A DNA stretch of 64,000 bases. Source: Lytechinus pictus. Taxonomy: Eukaryota. Below, piece after piece: positions 13,245 to 26,173 of the stretch; the stretch's first letter is position 1; every line of letters begins with the position of its first letter. A model generated the notes under the pieces. That model searched no databases and was not told where the DNA came from. It saw only the letters and a program-made list of their open reading frames with translations. A program made the translations under genes and the position numbers. The DNA lies in assembly GCF_037042905.1 (NCBI RefSeq), contig NC_087246.1, positions 3,102,001 to 3,166,000 of the forward strand, given 5' to 3'.

Positions 13245-15117
13245 TGTAGAGTTCCAGTTACACAATATTTAGGAGGCTTGAGAGACACGTGTGTATAGTT
13301 TGACTACTTTATTGGAACTAAATTCATTTGTACAATTAACTTTCATTTTAGCATGGATAGAAAGAGTAGTACAGAGTACTTCATCTCATTGGAATGTGTG
13401 GTTACCTGAGTCATCATCTTGTGATGTCTCACACAAAGGAATTTCACAGAAATCATTTAAAGTCCTTTCACTTTAGTATTACTATGATTTCCCAATCATA
13501 ACATCCCCTTTTCAGTTATGAATTTTCACAACTAAAAAATTCAGAATTATCAATAAGGTTTTTAGAAACGATTTGTTAAATCTTCTTCAAAGAAATTTGA
13601 TGCTGTGATTATTAAAATTTCATTTCATTTCAACAAATTTGATTTTGTATGATTGTACACTCAGGATGCATAAAAGAGCATACAAATAGAAGATTATTCT
13701 ATAACATAATAAGACAAAGAATTATATAAACATAGCATTGGTAAAACATAAACATGCATACAATTATCATGATATGAAGTTTGTTAATCAGTGTCCAATT
13801 TATTCTTCTTAATAATTATTGTTCAAATTTCTTCAACTTCTGTATATCGTCCATAGGGTTTTTTATGGCTGAATTCAGTGTCCATTTAAACTATTCAGAT
13901 AATAATAATATGTCGATTTCTCCTCTTTCTGCTGGACTCCATTGATGGCGTCGACGTGGAACTCTTCACTGTCGGCATCACTGTATTCACTGTCCTGTTG
14001 GATGTCATGGATCCCTCTTTTGCTGGGGCGATGACCCTTATTGTTGCGAGTTTGTCCTCTAGATGGAACCTTCCTTGATGAACGGTCTCTGTCATTATCT
14101 CGATCCCGATCTCTACACATCGAGCTGAAATGGTTCATCTTTTTGCAGGTATGGCATTCTTTACCATATGCAGGGCATTTTCTGGGTGGATGCTTATTTC
14201 CACACTTAGGGCATGTCTTCCTATTCATCGATGTTGCCTGCATTGCATGAATGTTCTGTTTGGGCTTCAGCTCTGTAATATGTTGTGAAGTTATTTCAGT
14301 TGCCTTGCAAATGTCTATTGCTTTTTCCAAAGACAAATCTTTTTCTCTGAGTAATCGTGCTCTGGTACCATCATCACGTATTCCAACAACAATTCTGTCT
14401 TTTATCAGACTGTCTCGAAGATGCTCAAACTCACATGATTTAGCCTTTTTCTTCAAGTCTGTGACGAACTGGTCAAATAACTCGTTTTCATGTTGAAATC
14501 TTGTGTTGAATACATGTCTCTCGAAAGTCACGTTAGACTGTGGCTCAAAATGTACAGTGAATTTCTCCAGCAAGTCTTTTAATGTCGGTGCTACAGGTTG
14601 TCCTGACGATGAAATGTCCTGCTCGAAAGAAAATGTGTTATAAATTTCTAACGCCTCTTCACCAATAATGTGAAGCAGTGTCGCTGTTTGTACTTTTGAG
14701 TCCTTTTTGTCAAGTCCACTAGCTGTTAAATACAGCTCAAAATGCTGTTTCCACCTCTTCCAATTATCCGTGATGTTGCCCTGTAGAGAAAAGGCTTCTG
14801 GTGGTCGCATGCCATCCATTTTCACTAGATAACAGTCAGTTTTTAACTTCTGACACCATGTAGAGTTCCAGTTACACAATATTTAGGAGGCTTGAGAGAC
14901 ACGTGTGTATAGTTTGACTACTTTATTAGAACTAAATTCATTTGTACAATTAACTTTCATTTTAGCATGGATAGAGAGAGTAGTACAGAGTACTTCATCT
15001 CATTGGAATGTGTGGTTACCTGAGTCATCATCTTGTGATGTCTCACACAAAGGAGTTTCACAGAAATCATCTAAAGTCCTTTCACTTTAGTATTACTATG
15101 ATTTCCCAATCATAACA
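13245..15117 (-). mobile_element. Non-autonomous gag-only Ty3/Gypsy LTR retrotransposon (1873 bp)
   Basis: LTRs 13245-13503 and 14859-15117 (259 bp, TG...CA, 4 mismatches by eye). 5-bp TSD ATTTA at 13240-13244 and 15118-15122. PBS TGGTGTCAGAAGT, complementary to the tRNA-Leu 3' end, lies just inside the 5' LTR. PPT GAAAAGGGGA at 13504-13513. Confidence 0.95.
13875..14819 (-). CDS. gag: Retrotransposon Gag (about 314 aa) with two zinc knuckles, Mag-like
   Basis: First ATG after the PBS is at 14819: MDGMRPPEAFSLQGNITDNWKRWKQHFELY...ERHVFNTRFQHENELFDQFVTDLKKKAKSCEF...IKDRIVVGI...CPKCGNKHPPRKCPAYGKECHTCKKMNHFSSMC. The ORF is uninterrupted and stops before any protease motif. Confidence 0.9.
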   Translation of the reverse strand: MDGMRPPEAFSLQGNITDNWKRWKQHFELYLTASGLDKKDSKVQTATLLHIIGEEALEIYNTFSFEQDISSSGQPVAPTLKDLLEKFTVHFEPQSNVTFERHVFNTRFQHENELFDQFVTDLKKKAKSCEFEHLRDSLIKDRIVVGIRDDGTRARLLREKDLSLEKAIDICKATEITSQHITELKPKQNIHAMQATSMNRKTCPKCGNKHPPRKCPAYGKECHTCKKMNHFSSMCRDRDRDNDRDRSSRKVPSRGQTRNNKGHRPSKRGIHDIQQDSEYSDADSEEFHVDAINGVQQKEEKSTYYYYLNSLNGH

Positions 15118-17121
15118 ATTTATATTTTTGCAATTATGATTTGAAATAATCATCTGTTTTATCCTGAGTGTGCTTGCTTACAAGCAATTGATTGCCAGAC
15201 ATTCATACTCTCGTGCCATGACTTGATGTTAAAATGAATAATGGAAGAATTAAGATTGTTTCTATATAATTGAAGATATGATTGCAATTATTCACATCTT
15301 CCACTGAATAAACAAGATAAATCATACAACACAACGCATTTTAATGATATAAAGGACCCTTTATTTAGCTCTTATTCCTTTGTAATGATTGATCTTCTCA
15401 AGTGACAGTTACAGGTGAACTGACATTATTCATAGCTTTTTCAATTTTTTATTCATTCTTTACCTTTATTGTCATGATTACAGGTGATCATAAATTAAGG
15501 GATAGTTTAACTCTATTCAGGATCTAAAAAGAATTATTTTCTTGCAGCTAATTGGTGCCTTAATTACTGCAATAATGATAACTTCAGTCATATGCATCCA
15601 TATGAATGCTGAAGTTAACAATATAGGCTATGGAGGGGAAAATATTACTTTTTTACTTATTGCCAAGCATGTAATGATGCTTATGAGTAAAAGGGTTCCT
15701 CTTGAAACATTGCATGCACTGACAGCATATAAGGCCCAAAAGCTCAGATTGTTGCAAATCTCCAGAAAGTTACTCAATCCCTTTAACAACATCCATAGGG
15801 TTTTTGTACCATGCTATCCTTCTACCATTAAATGCCAGGAGAATCTTTTGTAATACCTGAACTCTCTGATTCTATTCATTTTCAACTTACAATCATGGTA
15901 TAACAGCATCTAATAGAATTAGCAGAAAATTGAGCGATATTTCACAGAAAATAAAACTGCAAATAAAATGTAATTTACTTGAATGCCCAGATGGTCTGAT
16001 TCACTTTGTCTGCTTTCATTATTTAGCACTGTGTCAAATGAAAACTTGGCTCATAAACAATTTATCTAACCATATAAGTGGTGATAGGCCAAGTGTTTAT
16101 CAGACAAAATAGGTATAGTCTAACTAGAAATAAGACTGTATGGAGAATGGGCTAAATAGCGAACGGACCAAATGGTCAGAAGACGACCTGGTTGTAGACC
16201 AACTGATTAATCCATGTGATATGAAACTAAATGGAAAGTAGACAAAGTGACAATTTACCAATGAAGTGGGTTGATTGTGTTTCTTATATAAAATTGGTCA
16301 ACAGTGAATTGATCACTACAGCATCATTGCTCGTATGTTCTCTTTGCTTTAATTGTAGCAAACTTTTACTGGAATCTCAATTACATGTATTAACTAATTG
16401 TTTATATTCAAATATATAGAACCCCTCATCCCCATGAGACATGACAGGTCATATTTTATCAGGAGTTACCTGGACTGTTTACCCATATAATATTCTGCTC
16501 ATGTTAGTCCATATTCCACATGTACTCTAGATCTTAAATTCATTACATAATGACCCCCTAATTGCATACTATTAATAATATCTTTAAAAAGGGATAAATG
16601 AAAAGAGGTTTGAAATTGGATTGAATTGCATTCATTCACATTTTAACAAAATGATTTTCTTACACCAACCACCTGTATATAAAACTCGGATACATACAGT
16701 CTTACAAATTCAGACGTTGAAAAGTGAAGAAAACATAGAATCTGATCAACGTAAAAAATTCATATGAACAATGTCCTATCCCATATAGTCAGATTAAATC
16801 AACTGGAATACCACGAGACTAATCTTCATTTAGCTCAAAACCCACAAGGTTAACCATAGTGAAATAAACATGGGTAATCAGGAAAACATGGCAATGTTAT
16901 AAAGACAGTAACATTTCTCCCACATCAACTGACTTTCAATTAAATGCTTAGAGCAATAAATAAACACACACAGACAAAACATTTCTATCATTGTAGGAAG
17001 ATACAAGATCTTCACACCACAATGAGGTCACCATAACATTGTACTATCAACCTAGGTTATATATTAGATATATATATGAATAAATATGTTTTCTTGTAGT
17101 TTCTGGTGCTGTACAGTATCA

Positions 17122-20100
17122 CTATCTTTTTCCCAGACCAAATCTCTCATCTGTAAAATGAAGAAAAGAAATGCACATCTTATATTATATCTGCATAATG
17201 TAACGTACAAATGTGAATTATCTCTTTACAACAAACAGAAAACTATATAATTCGTGCAAAGTCAACTTTAGAAGAAACATCACATGTTTAGCACAATCTG
17301 GTCCCCATAACATAAAGCTTAGTATTTGATGATGGAGTTGAGTTGATTATTATGTAAATGAACCATAAAAGATCATCCCTACTATCAATTGCAAAAATTT
17401 ATGTTATAGGGGCCGGGTAAAAAAAAACCAAAACAATACTTTAAAATTATTTGACTTTATGGAAGTTTGGCCTATGCAGAATGAACTGTATTTGATATCA
17501 ACATTCTACCAACAAAAATTGTATTAAAGTGGCAAAACTGTAAGAAATCATGGGGAATATACAGGCATTGCTTGAATTAGAATCAGAACAAGAGTAATCT
17601 ATGCTACATGACAAGATTAATTGCCCTAGGTTTCCAATTTTGCACCGTGCTAATTTCAAGCTTATGGAAAAGTAGTCAAAGTTGGCTCCTGGATGAAGCC
17701 TATAGATAGGGGTGTTACACAATCAGCGTCAGTATGTCTAGAATGGTCTTTGGGAAGGATTAGATGATTTAGCCTCACCGACCAGCCAGGTCAACCAAAA
17801 ATAAATTAACCAGAAATAAATTAAGTTTACTTTTCAACAATGGAACATATATGCTCAATACAGGGTTGTTGGGTTTAACAAGTGAAAACTTAACTTAGGA
17901 CTGGTGAGATTTATGGCAACCTGATGTATAAATGGCGATGCTAAGTTCGGTCAAATTCGTACTTTCTGTTTTTTCGTAGGATTCTATTTCCCCATGGCTA
18001 GGGACTTGCTTTCCCTCAAAGCTAAATTTAAGTAGTCTCAGCAATCTTGTTATAAGCTAAGACTTATGGTTAACCAGAATTTTAAAGTTTTACTGTGATA
18101 TTTATTCTGTACAAAAGCTATATTTTACTTACATGTATATGTACAAGAAATCACAAATTGCATTAAATTCTGGAGACACTTTCAAAAATTTGTCAACACC
18201 AAGAAAAAAATTCCCCCATAGCACACGTATCATGTATAAAAAATAAAGTTGCTGAGAATATTGCTTACCTATAATGTCCATCTTGCAGAGTGGACAGGTT
18301 CGCTTGCGTATAAGCCAACTATCAACACATCTATTATGAAACGTGTGATGGCAAGGTAGCATTCGAATAGTCTTGAGAGAGAAGATACATTAACAAGTAA
18401 ATATCACAAGTGAAAAGGTTTAAGGCATGTGCCTTCTATAAACAAGAGCCAATGATGATACAATCATACATAGAGGTTGTACAAACTTAAATGTAACATG
18501 GTTGGTATCTATTGCAAGTCAATCAAGAAAATGAAGTATCTGAACATTATATAAGTTTGAAACAGTCATTTGTTGGAAAAAGATAAAATGAAGTTTCTTT
18601 CTCTATAGCACCAAAAACACATAATAGTCATTATTATCAAAAGAATAGAAAACTATGTCTATAGAAATAGAATTGATCATAATATAAAGTATTTTTATCA
18701 TATACAACCCAGAATTCCATGAAGGCAGGACTAATTGGAAGATAGAGGCTATTAAATAGGAATACAAAGGTTGAAGTGGCTTATTCTCTATCACAAATTA
18801 GGAATGTCCCTACTAAATAAGGACAGTTGGTAGGTATGCTTTATATGTATCAAAGAGAAGATAAATTTTGAACCTTTAATAAATATGGCTTTTCCTCACC
18901 ATGAAAAGGAATTAGTTTTAAATCTGTACTTGGCAAACAAAAAAATATAGTACCGGTACCAACTTACTTGTCCTTTGAAGAACTCTTCAAGGCATACTGC
19001 ACAGCTCTCGCTGGAATCCGCTGAGAGTTGATACCTCTTTCTTTTATACTTCCAAACTGACATCTTAGATAAGGATTGCTTGGCTAACCTCTGCAGAGTT
19101 TCCTGAAACAAAAAGCAAATTTTATAATTTAAAAAAATACTGTGTAAGACATTTGCAAGAGTTTATGTCAGATTTCATCACTCATGAGCACTTAACTTGG
19201 AAATACATATTGAAGATGACAACCTAAGACATCTGTGACATGCAACTGATTCATATTAATTGTACTCTCATTAAGATGAGGCAAACTCCAAACTAACATG
19301 GCAATTAATCATGGCTTGTGTGAGCAGAGTGGTTTCGAACTAATTACTCTGATGACATCAAGGGATATGTTAAGAAATTAACAATTAATAGATAAGTCTT
19401 TAAATAGATGAGAGACTAAATGTGTACATTAATTCCCATGAACTAGATATTCAGTTTACCAATAAAATCAAATTTTATCTTTTATTGGACAAACCTCAAA
19501 TCAATCGTAAACAATCATCCACTAATAAACATGGTAGTAATGGCAAAGTTTTACTATCCGGGAGATGGGGAGGGGGCTAACCCCCTAGACTCAATTTCAT
19601 TACTTTAAGACTGGTGATAGTGCCCCCCCCCCTCCAGTAAATCCTGAATCTGTCCCTGCATTATTATAATACAACCATGCTACATGAAGAAATCATCAGA
19701 ATGTTACCTCCAGGTCTTCAATGTTGTTTTGTTGTGGATGTCGAGCCATCCCTCTTATCATGCTTACTATGTAGAAAGTGATTATCAGAGACACCAAAGT
19801 ACGCCAAATCCAATTATACTCATGCTTCAAAACAAAATAGATAAAAAAAAAATGCAAATTTTATAGGATAATTTCATCCTTTATCTTTACCAGGAAGATG
19901 TAATTTAGAAGTGTCTCTCAAGCAATTCAAACATGAAATGTTTTATCTTAAACACATTAGCAATATTTGGTTTATATCTCATTGTAACTTTGAAGCCAAA
20001 TCCCTTCATTCTTATCGCCGGCTATGAACATAACTTTCATTTGGCATTCTCAAAGCATGGCAAATTATTAAACTAAGTTCATACATTGTTAAATTTTAAA

Positions 20101-23100
20101 AAGTAATATTGTTTCTGTTTTATAAAGGCATGTACCTGAATTAAGGTCTCTTGTAATGTAGTTAAAAACCCAAATATGAGTTAAAAGTGAAATTGAAAAA
20201 TAGAAATTCTATAAGTAAAACAAGTGGAATGCGTCTGGCGGTCTCACCTGCATCACGCGATTCAATATAGCAGCAGTACTGACTTTGAAAACAACTATAA
20301 CTCGCACAAGATGTTCAGTGATACTTGGTTACTCTTATTTCCACGTTTCATGAACTAGACCAATACACAGTTTACAGCTAGATATGATGGTAATTCAACA
20401 AATACCCCCAACGTGGCCAAAGTTCATTGACCTTACATGACCTTTGACCTTGATCATGTGACCTGAAACTCGCACAGGATGTTCAGTGATACTTGATTAC
20501 TCTTATGTCCAAGTTTCACGAGTCTGATCCATAAACTTTCAAAGTTATGATGGTAATTCAACAGATACCCCCATTATGGCCAAAGTTCTTTGACCTTGGT
20601 CATGTGACCTAAAATGCGCACAGGATGTTCAGTGATACTTGATTACTCTTATGTCCAAGTTGCATGAATCAGATCCATAAACTGTCAAAGTTATGATGGT
20701 AATACAACAGATACCCCCAATTCGGCCAAAGTTCATTGACCCTAAATGACCTTTGACCTTGGTCATGTGTCCTAAAACTCAGGCAGGATCTTTAGTGATA
20801 CACCATTACCCTTTTTTCTAAGTTTCATGAACTAGATCCATATACTTTCTAAGTGATGACGACATTTCAAAACTTAACCTTGGTTAAGATTTCGATATTG
20901 ATTCCCCCAACATGGTCTAAGTTCATTGACCCTAAATGACCTTTGACCTTGGTCATGTGACATGAAACTCAGGCAGGATGTTCAGTAATACTTGATTAAC
21001 CTTATGGCCAAGTTTTATGAACTAGGTCCATATACTTTCTAAGTTATGCTGTCATTTAAAAAACTTAACCTTAGGTTAAGATTTGGTGTTGACGCCGCCG
21101 CCGTCGGAAAAGCGGTGCCTATAGTCTCACTCTGCTATGCAGGTGAGACAAAAAACCACAACAATATAAGTTTAATGCATATTAACCACTTGCTAGCGGA
21201 GCATAATCCCTAAGAAAAACTTAAATAAGGGGGGTTTGAAAATGGTCCTTATTGTGCTTCATTACAGCCTGAACTACATTACGTGACATCATACTGTGGC
21301 AGGAGGGATGTGATTACATAGGTTTGTATGTATAACTTTCTTGATTTCCAGATTATAAATTCCATTTCTATTTACAATTTGCAGAGGAAAGTGGCACCAA
21401 CAACTATTCAGTGCTCAAAAGGATGGAAACCTGCAGCTCTTGACTACTTTTTGTGATTTGTTTGCTTGGCTCATATTTGACCTAAATTACAATGTCAGGA
21501 AAAACTGTAATATATAATCTGAATGCAGATAGAGGTGGAAAGCTGAACCAAATATGCAAGATATAAAACATGGTAAAAAACTAGTCTATAGGAATATATA
21601 GGAATATGCATATAGGAAATACTTTTCATGATACTTCTAAGTGATAGAAGTGAAGAATTTCATGGAAAGCAAAATACTCATTCACTTTTTGGTGAACAAA
21701 AGTATGAAATAACGATGCTTACAAGTTTTAACATAGAATGGCATCACAGACCTGAGGCTGGTGAAAAGCACATTTTTTAAAGCCCAATAATTGAAGCCAT
21801 TCTCAAGCAAAGTACTCAGCTGACATACGTTGACAATGCACAAACCTAACATTGCTGTGTTTTGTAGTTTATAAAATTACAAGCTTCTGAATAGTATATG
21901 ATTTGTCAATTTCACTTTTGGGTCTGGTCTGGGTATTTGAAAATAGTTTATAAGCTTCTGATTTGTATTTGATTTGTCATTTTCACTTTTGGGTCCGATC
22001 TGGATATTTGAAAAATGTATTTCAAAAATTAAGAAATGTATTACAGAATAACATGAAAATGAATACAATAATACTCTAAATAATGCACTGCACAAGTACA
22101 AATTGAGAACAAATGTAATGCAACAAAAATAATAAATAGGATAAAGATGTAAATACTGCCTACCTCTGATGATGACTTGTGGTGTGACAAGCAAACCGTT
22201 CCTTCCCACTCTCTGAACTTACTACCCCCGCTAGACCGTCCACATGTAGACCATAGGGTCAACTTGGGGGCCAACTAGAACGGCAAAATAAGACATAAAT
22301 TATAATAATAATAGTCTTTGATAATGCGTAGTGCATATTAATATGAAAATATCAAGTCTCTATATACTTTATATAATTTGAAAGAAGAATAGATTAGAGG
22401 AGAAATATCACTTTAAAAAGAGCAATAAATGCATAATCATTCATGCGATTTCTTTTTGGTCAAAAATTTTACAATAAATGCTGACAAATCTGTGCTACTG
22501 GCTGTATCACAAGGAAAGCAAATCATATTAAAATGCTTAAGATATCTTGCTTACAAATAGTGAAACGTTTGCTGTTTGGTGAATATCATTTAAACTGCTT
22601 TGAAATCTGGGCATTTTATAAAAATTCTTCTAAAGGGTCGGCATTCACATTTAAATGCAAATTTAGGAATAAAGTTTCGATGGCCACTTACCATTGGTTT
22701 CATCTTGGCTGTAGGGTCTGGTTTAGCAGTTATATTTGCACTATGTTTATTTTTCCTAAAAGAGACATGAATTATCATATTCAGGTTTTACAGACTTACT
22801 AGAATTTACTTTGATATCACTTTAAGTACACACTAATTTTTATTATTGTAGTGGTAAATTATCAATCATAAACACAAAAATCATAATTCTAATAATACAT
22901 CTCTACTGCATTTCAATTGCATCTTTACGAGATGATTTTGTATAATTTGAAAGATATTTATTTGATTGTAGCTGTTCTCGACTACTCTTTAACCCTTTTA
23001 TGTCTCATTAGTCAACCAATTCAAAGTAGTTTAGGAGCAGCTGAATCTGTACCACCTCACCAAAATTACTTCAACCAGTCAAGTAAGCAGGTTTGACATG

Positions 23101-26100
23101 GATCATAAATTCTTTTCAAATTTTATCAAATATTTCAGTAATGCTATTCTGAAAACGTCTTGAATTTTACAGGAATCGTTGTGTAAATCCCAAAGAAGAA
23201 GATTGCTTAACTAGAATGACATTGCATTTTAGTCTAGTTTAGAATGGGGAATTACCTACCTCAAATCCACAGTGGATCTAAATTTCTTGATATCTTTAGG
23301 ATCAGTGATTACGATGATTGGTCTGTCTGAAGTAAAGTGGAGCTCAATCTAAATAAATAAAATCAAATAAATTGCAATGTCCAAAAAAATTAAGTACTGA
23401 CAAGTACAGAGAAATGCAATCTCTAAAGAACATATCATGGGCAAAAACTGAAATTGATAAATCTTACCACAAATAAAAGTTGAAAAACTCCAAATTATAT
23501 TCATGCAAAGTTTCATGCATTTTCACTCACATAATCTGAAAGCAGATACAAAGGTTAAAATATTGCACCAAACATTAAAGCCACAAATAAATATTGGCCA
23601 TAAATAATTAAGTAATAGATCTGAAGGTTTCATAATATCAAGCTGTATTTTCAACTATACGTTTCTGTGCAAATTGTTTACAAACTTTTGAATTTGAAGT
23701 CTAGTCAAGAACACATGATCTTTTCTGGTATACCTACGAACGCAAGTAACCATAACTCTATTAATTCAGTGTTGTGATAACGCATAAGCTCAAAATAGCC
23801 GATTTTGGAGGCATACAGTTTGAATATTTTTATATAACAAAAGTCCTCAGCTTGTAAGCAGTAACAATGCATGACACGTGAATTGTTGTATTAGATCCTT
23901 CCACTAGATTTTCTCTTCCTGATACAATCTTTAATACTGCAAGTACAGTGTATAAAGGAGACAAAAAGTAGTCTTAAATGCAGATTAGTGCTCTGTATTC
24001 CACTTACAGACATGGCCCAATTTACCATGCTCTGTCTGAGAATTGTATCCCATGGAAATCAAAAGACTACCTTTCACCATTCTAATTCACAAATTAACCA
24101 CACCCAAAGGAGGAATATTTTACAGCCACAGATCAGACAAGGAGTAATGTGCCCACTCATCAATCCGATAGTCAACTAGATTGAAAGATCATAGAATAAT
24201 TTAAAAGGTCATCAATGAGTTTAAAAGGATATTTTTCATGAACTATCATGATTTCTTTGAAATAGATCTCACATAAAAAAAATTAATAAAAAAAAAATGG
24301 ATTGCTCTACACTGGGGAGTCTTCTTTCATGAAGCATAATATGATTTTCAATGACTACGGTAATCAGATGTAAGGATTTCAGAAGCTTATAATAGTCAGT
24401 GAATATCACTATTTGTTTCATGAAATGGACTGGTCTTACCTCTTTAAAGAGTCCAGGGTTAAGAGCCAAGACCAGAAGGGCTGATGCACCAAAAAGCATT
24501 GCTTGCTTCACCTAAAAGATAAAATATATCAATCTGTGACTATATTTCTCTCCTATGCATGCAAAAAAACATTACTGCACAGGTCAGAGCACAATCATGG
24601 GATGCACAATATCATATAGCACTTCAGCGTAACATTTTTAAATACTTTCATAACTCTTTCTGAAATACCCCCCCCCCCCTGGTGTACCACCCAAAGTACC
24701 ACTGCTGCTCATAATTCAAAATGTTTTATGAAAGAATGATAATAAAAATCATCAATTGAGAGTCATCTTACTTGTTCCAGTAAAGAGCACCCAGTTCCAC
24801 TCTGTGCTCCGGCAGATTCTTCTAGCGGAGGGAGGTAAAAGATACCAATCCATTCCTCATCTTCAGATATCTTCTCATCCTTATTCACCTTTCTCTTATC
24901 AAACTCATTGGGTTCACTATCATTGTCTTCACTGCATGTACCTGTTATCTGTAAAATGTAATTACAGGTGAATCAATTTGCTGACAATTCAGTTTAAGCA
25001 TTTTCATATATCAGCCACTCCCACTGTCGATTGTCTTACTTCATATCTGAGTTTCTTCCTCCTCCTTCACCTACACTTCTTGTGATTTCATTATCTGTAA
25101 TACTGGTCTTATTTAGTCAAAGATGACTTCTCATGTTACAATCTACATGTACATGTTACAAATTTCAAGATTCACTTCACTAAAAAAATTTAATTGCTTT
25201 TTTCCATTAAGTTTTCACAATTATTTGAAATGAATCAATATAGCCTCCTTCGTTGGTTTTATTTGGGAACTAGCATCTGTCATTTTCAAGTCTGCATATA
25301 AATCATAAATCACTTGCAGATTTACAGTTGCTTAAAAATTTATCAGTCAATTGATGGTTGGGAGTATTTTCCACTAAATTTACACCTGCACTGAATATAC
25401 AGGTGAGGCCATGCTTACCCATAATGCAATAGCATCTGTATCTTTAGTTATGTTTTTTTTTAGCAAAAGCAAGACTAGAACCCTCTCACATTAAGAACAT
25501 GTCATCAATTTTTCAAAACAGGCACTCAACTGAGCTACACAACATCTATTTTTCTGGCCTCGATCTGCTTCATTCATTTCAATTCCTGTCTTTGACTTTA
25601 TTCTTTAGTTTCTTTTTCTCTCCATTTAGCCTTTAAAGCTCCTCATATTTCTTCCTCTTCCTCTTTTTTTCTCACATAGATCTAACGTTACAGGTATATT
25701 TTTATATGTTAATAAAGTTTGAATTTGAATTTCAACTTCAAGTTCAACTTAAAAGTCTTAAGTTTGCATTTTTCTTGGACCAATTTCTTTGGAATTCCTT
25801 TCCAATCATGCACACACCAGCCATCATCATGATCATCAGCTTATGACTAATCACCTACACATCTTCCTCACTATTGTACACATCATTTTCATTTTCCTAG
25901 AAAATCCTGCTAACTTACTGTCTGTATCAACCCTGATGCATTCAATCCGATAGGTCCACTGCGAGAATACTCCCCACGCACCTCAATTCCGCCCGGCTGC
26001 ACCCGGACGATCGCCTCCCTTTCGCCCGAGACAAGCTGCAGCAGAAGCGACAAGACGAAGGCCCAGCTGGCTAGCTTACTGCTGTTAAGAACTTTTGCAA

Positions 26101-26173
26101 TGTGCCGCAGTTTCACTGGAGAGTTAGGGTAGGGTGTCATTACCTTCCCTGCTTTATTTCCAAGTCCTTTCAT
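17122..26173 (-). CDS. RNF215: RING finger protein 215-like PA-TM-RING-H2 E3 ubiquitin ligase, complete, 10 exons, about 383 aa
   Basis: Exons 26173-25919, 24948-24772, 24511-24440, 23348-23260, 22755-22692, 22274-22164, 19824-19708, 19102-18968, 18371-18269 and 17150-17122 are all GT-AG and frame-consistent. N-terminal hydrophobic segment [32 protein letters not shown] and KLTLWSTCG match RNF215 as I recall it (RALFLGASALLLLILN, KLTLWTTCG). [26 protein letters not shown]2 CAVCLEEF...[26 protein letters not shown]. Confidence 0.92.
17298..17416. mobile_element. Short MITE remnant (same family as 35958-36254)
   Basis: GGTCCCCATAACATAAAGCTTAG ... AAATTTATGTTATAGGGGCC inverted termini. Confidence 0.55.
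20219..21149 (-). mobile_element. Helentron-associated (HINE/DINE-1-like) element, copy 2, in RNF215 intron 6
   Basis: Subterminal inverted repeats GTCTCACCTGCAT (20241) / ATGCAGGTGAGAC (21137-21149). Extra short inverted repeat GTCTCAC at 21124. Several tandem internal units (GATGTTCAGTGATACTTGATTACTCTTATGTCCAAGTT...). A/T-run flanks and no clear TSD. Confidence 0.75.

Noticed and set aside
13291..15090. Two near-identical 61-aa ORFs (13291-13476 and 14905-15090) resembling a duplicated small gene
   Set aside because: They are the antisense reading of the two LTRs and start at GTG. There is no independent coding evidence.
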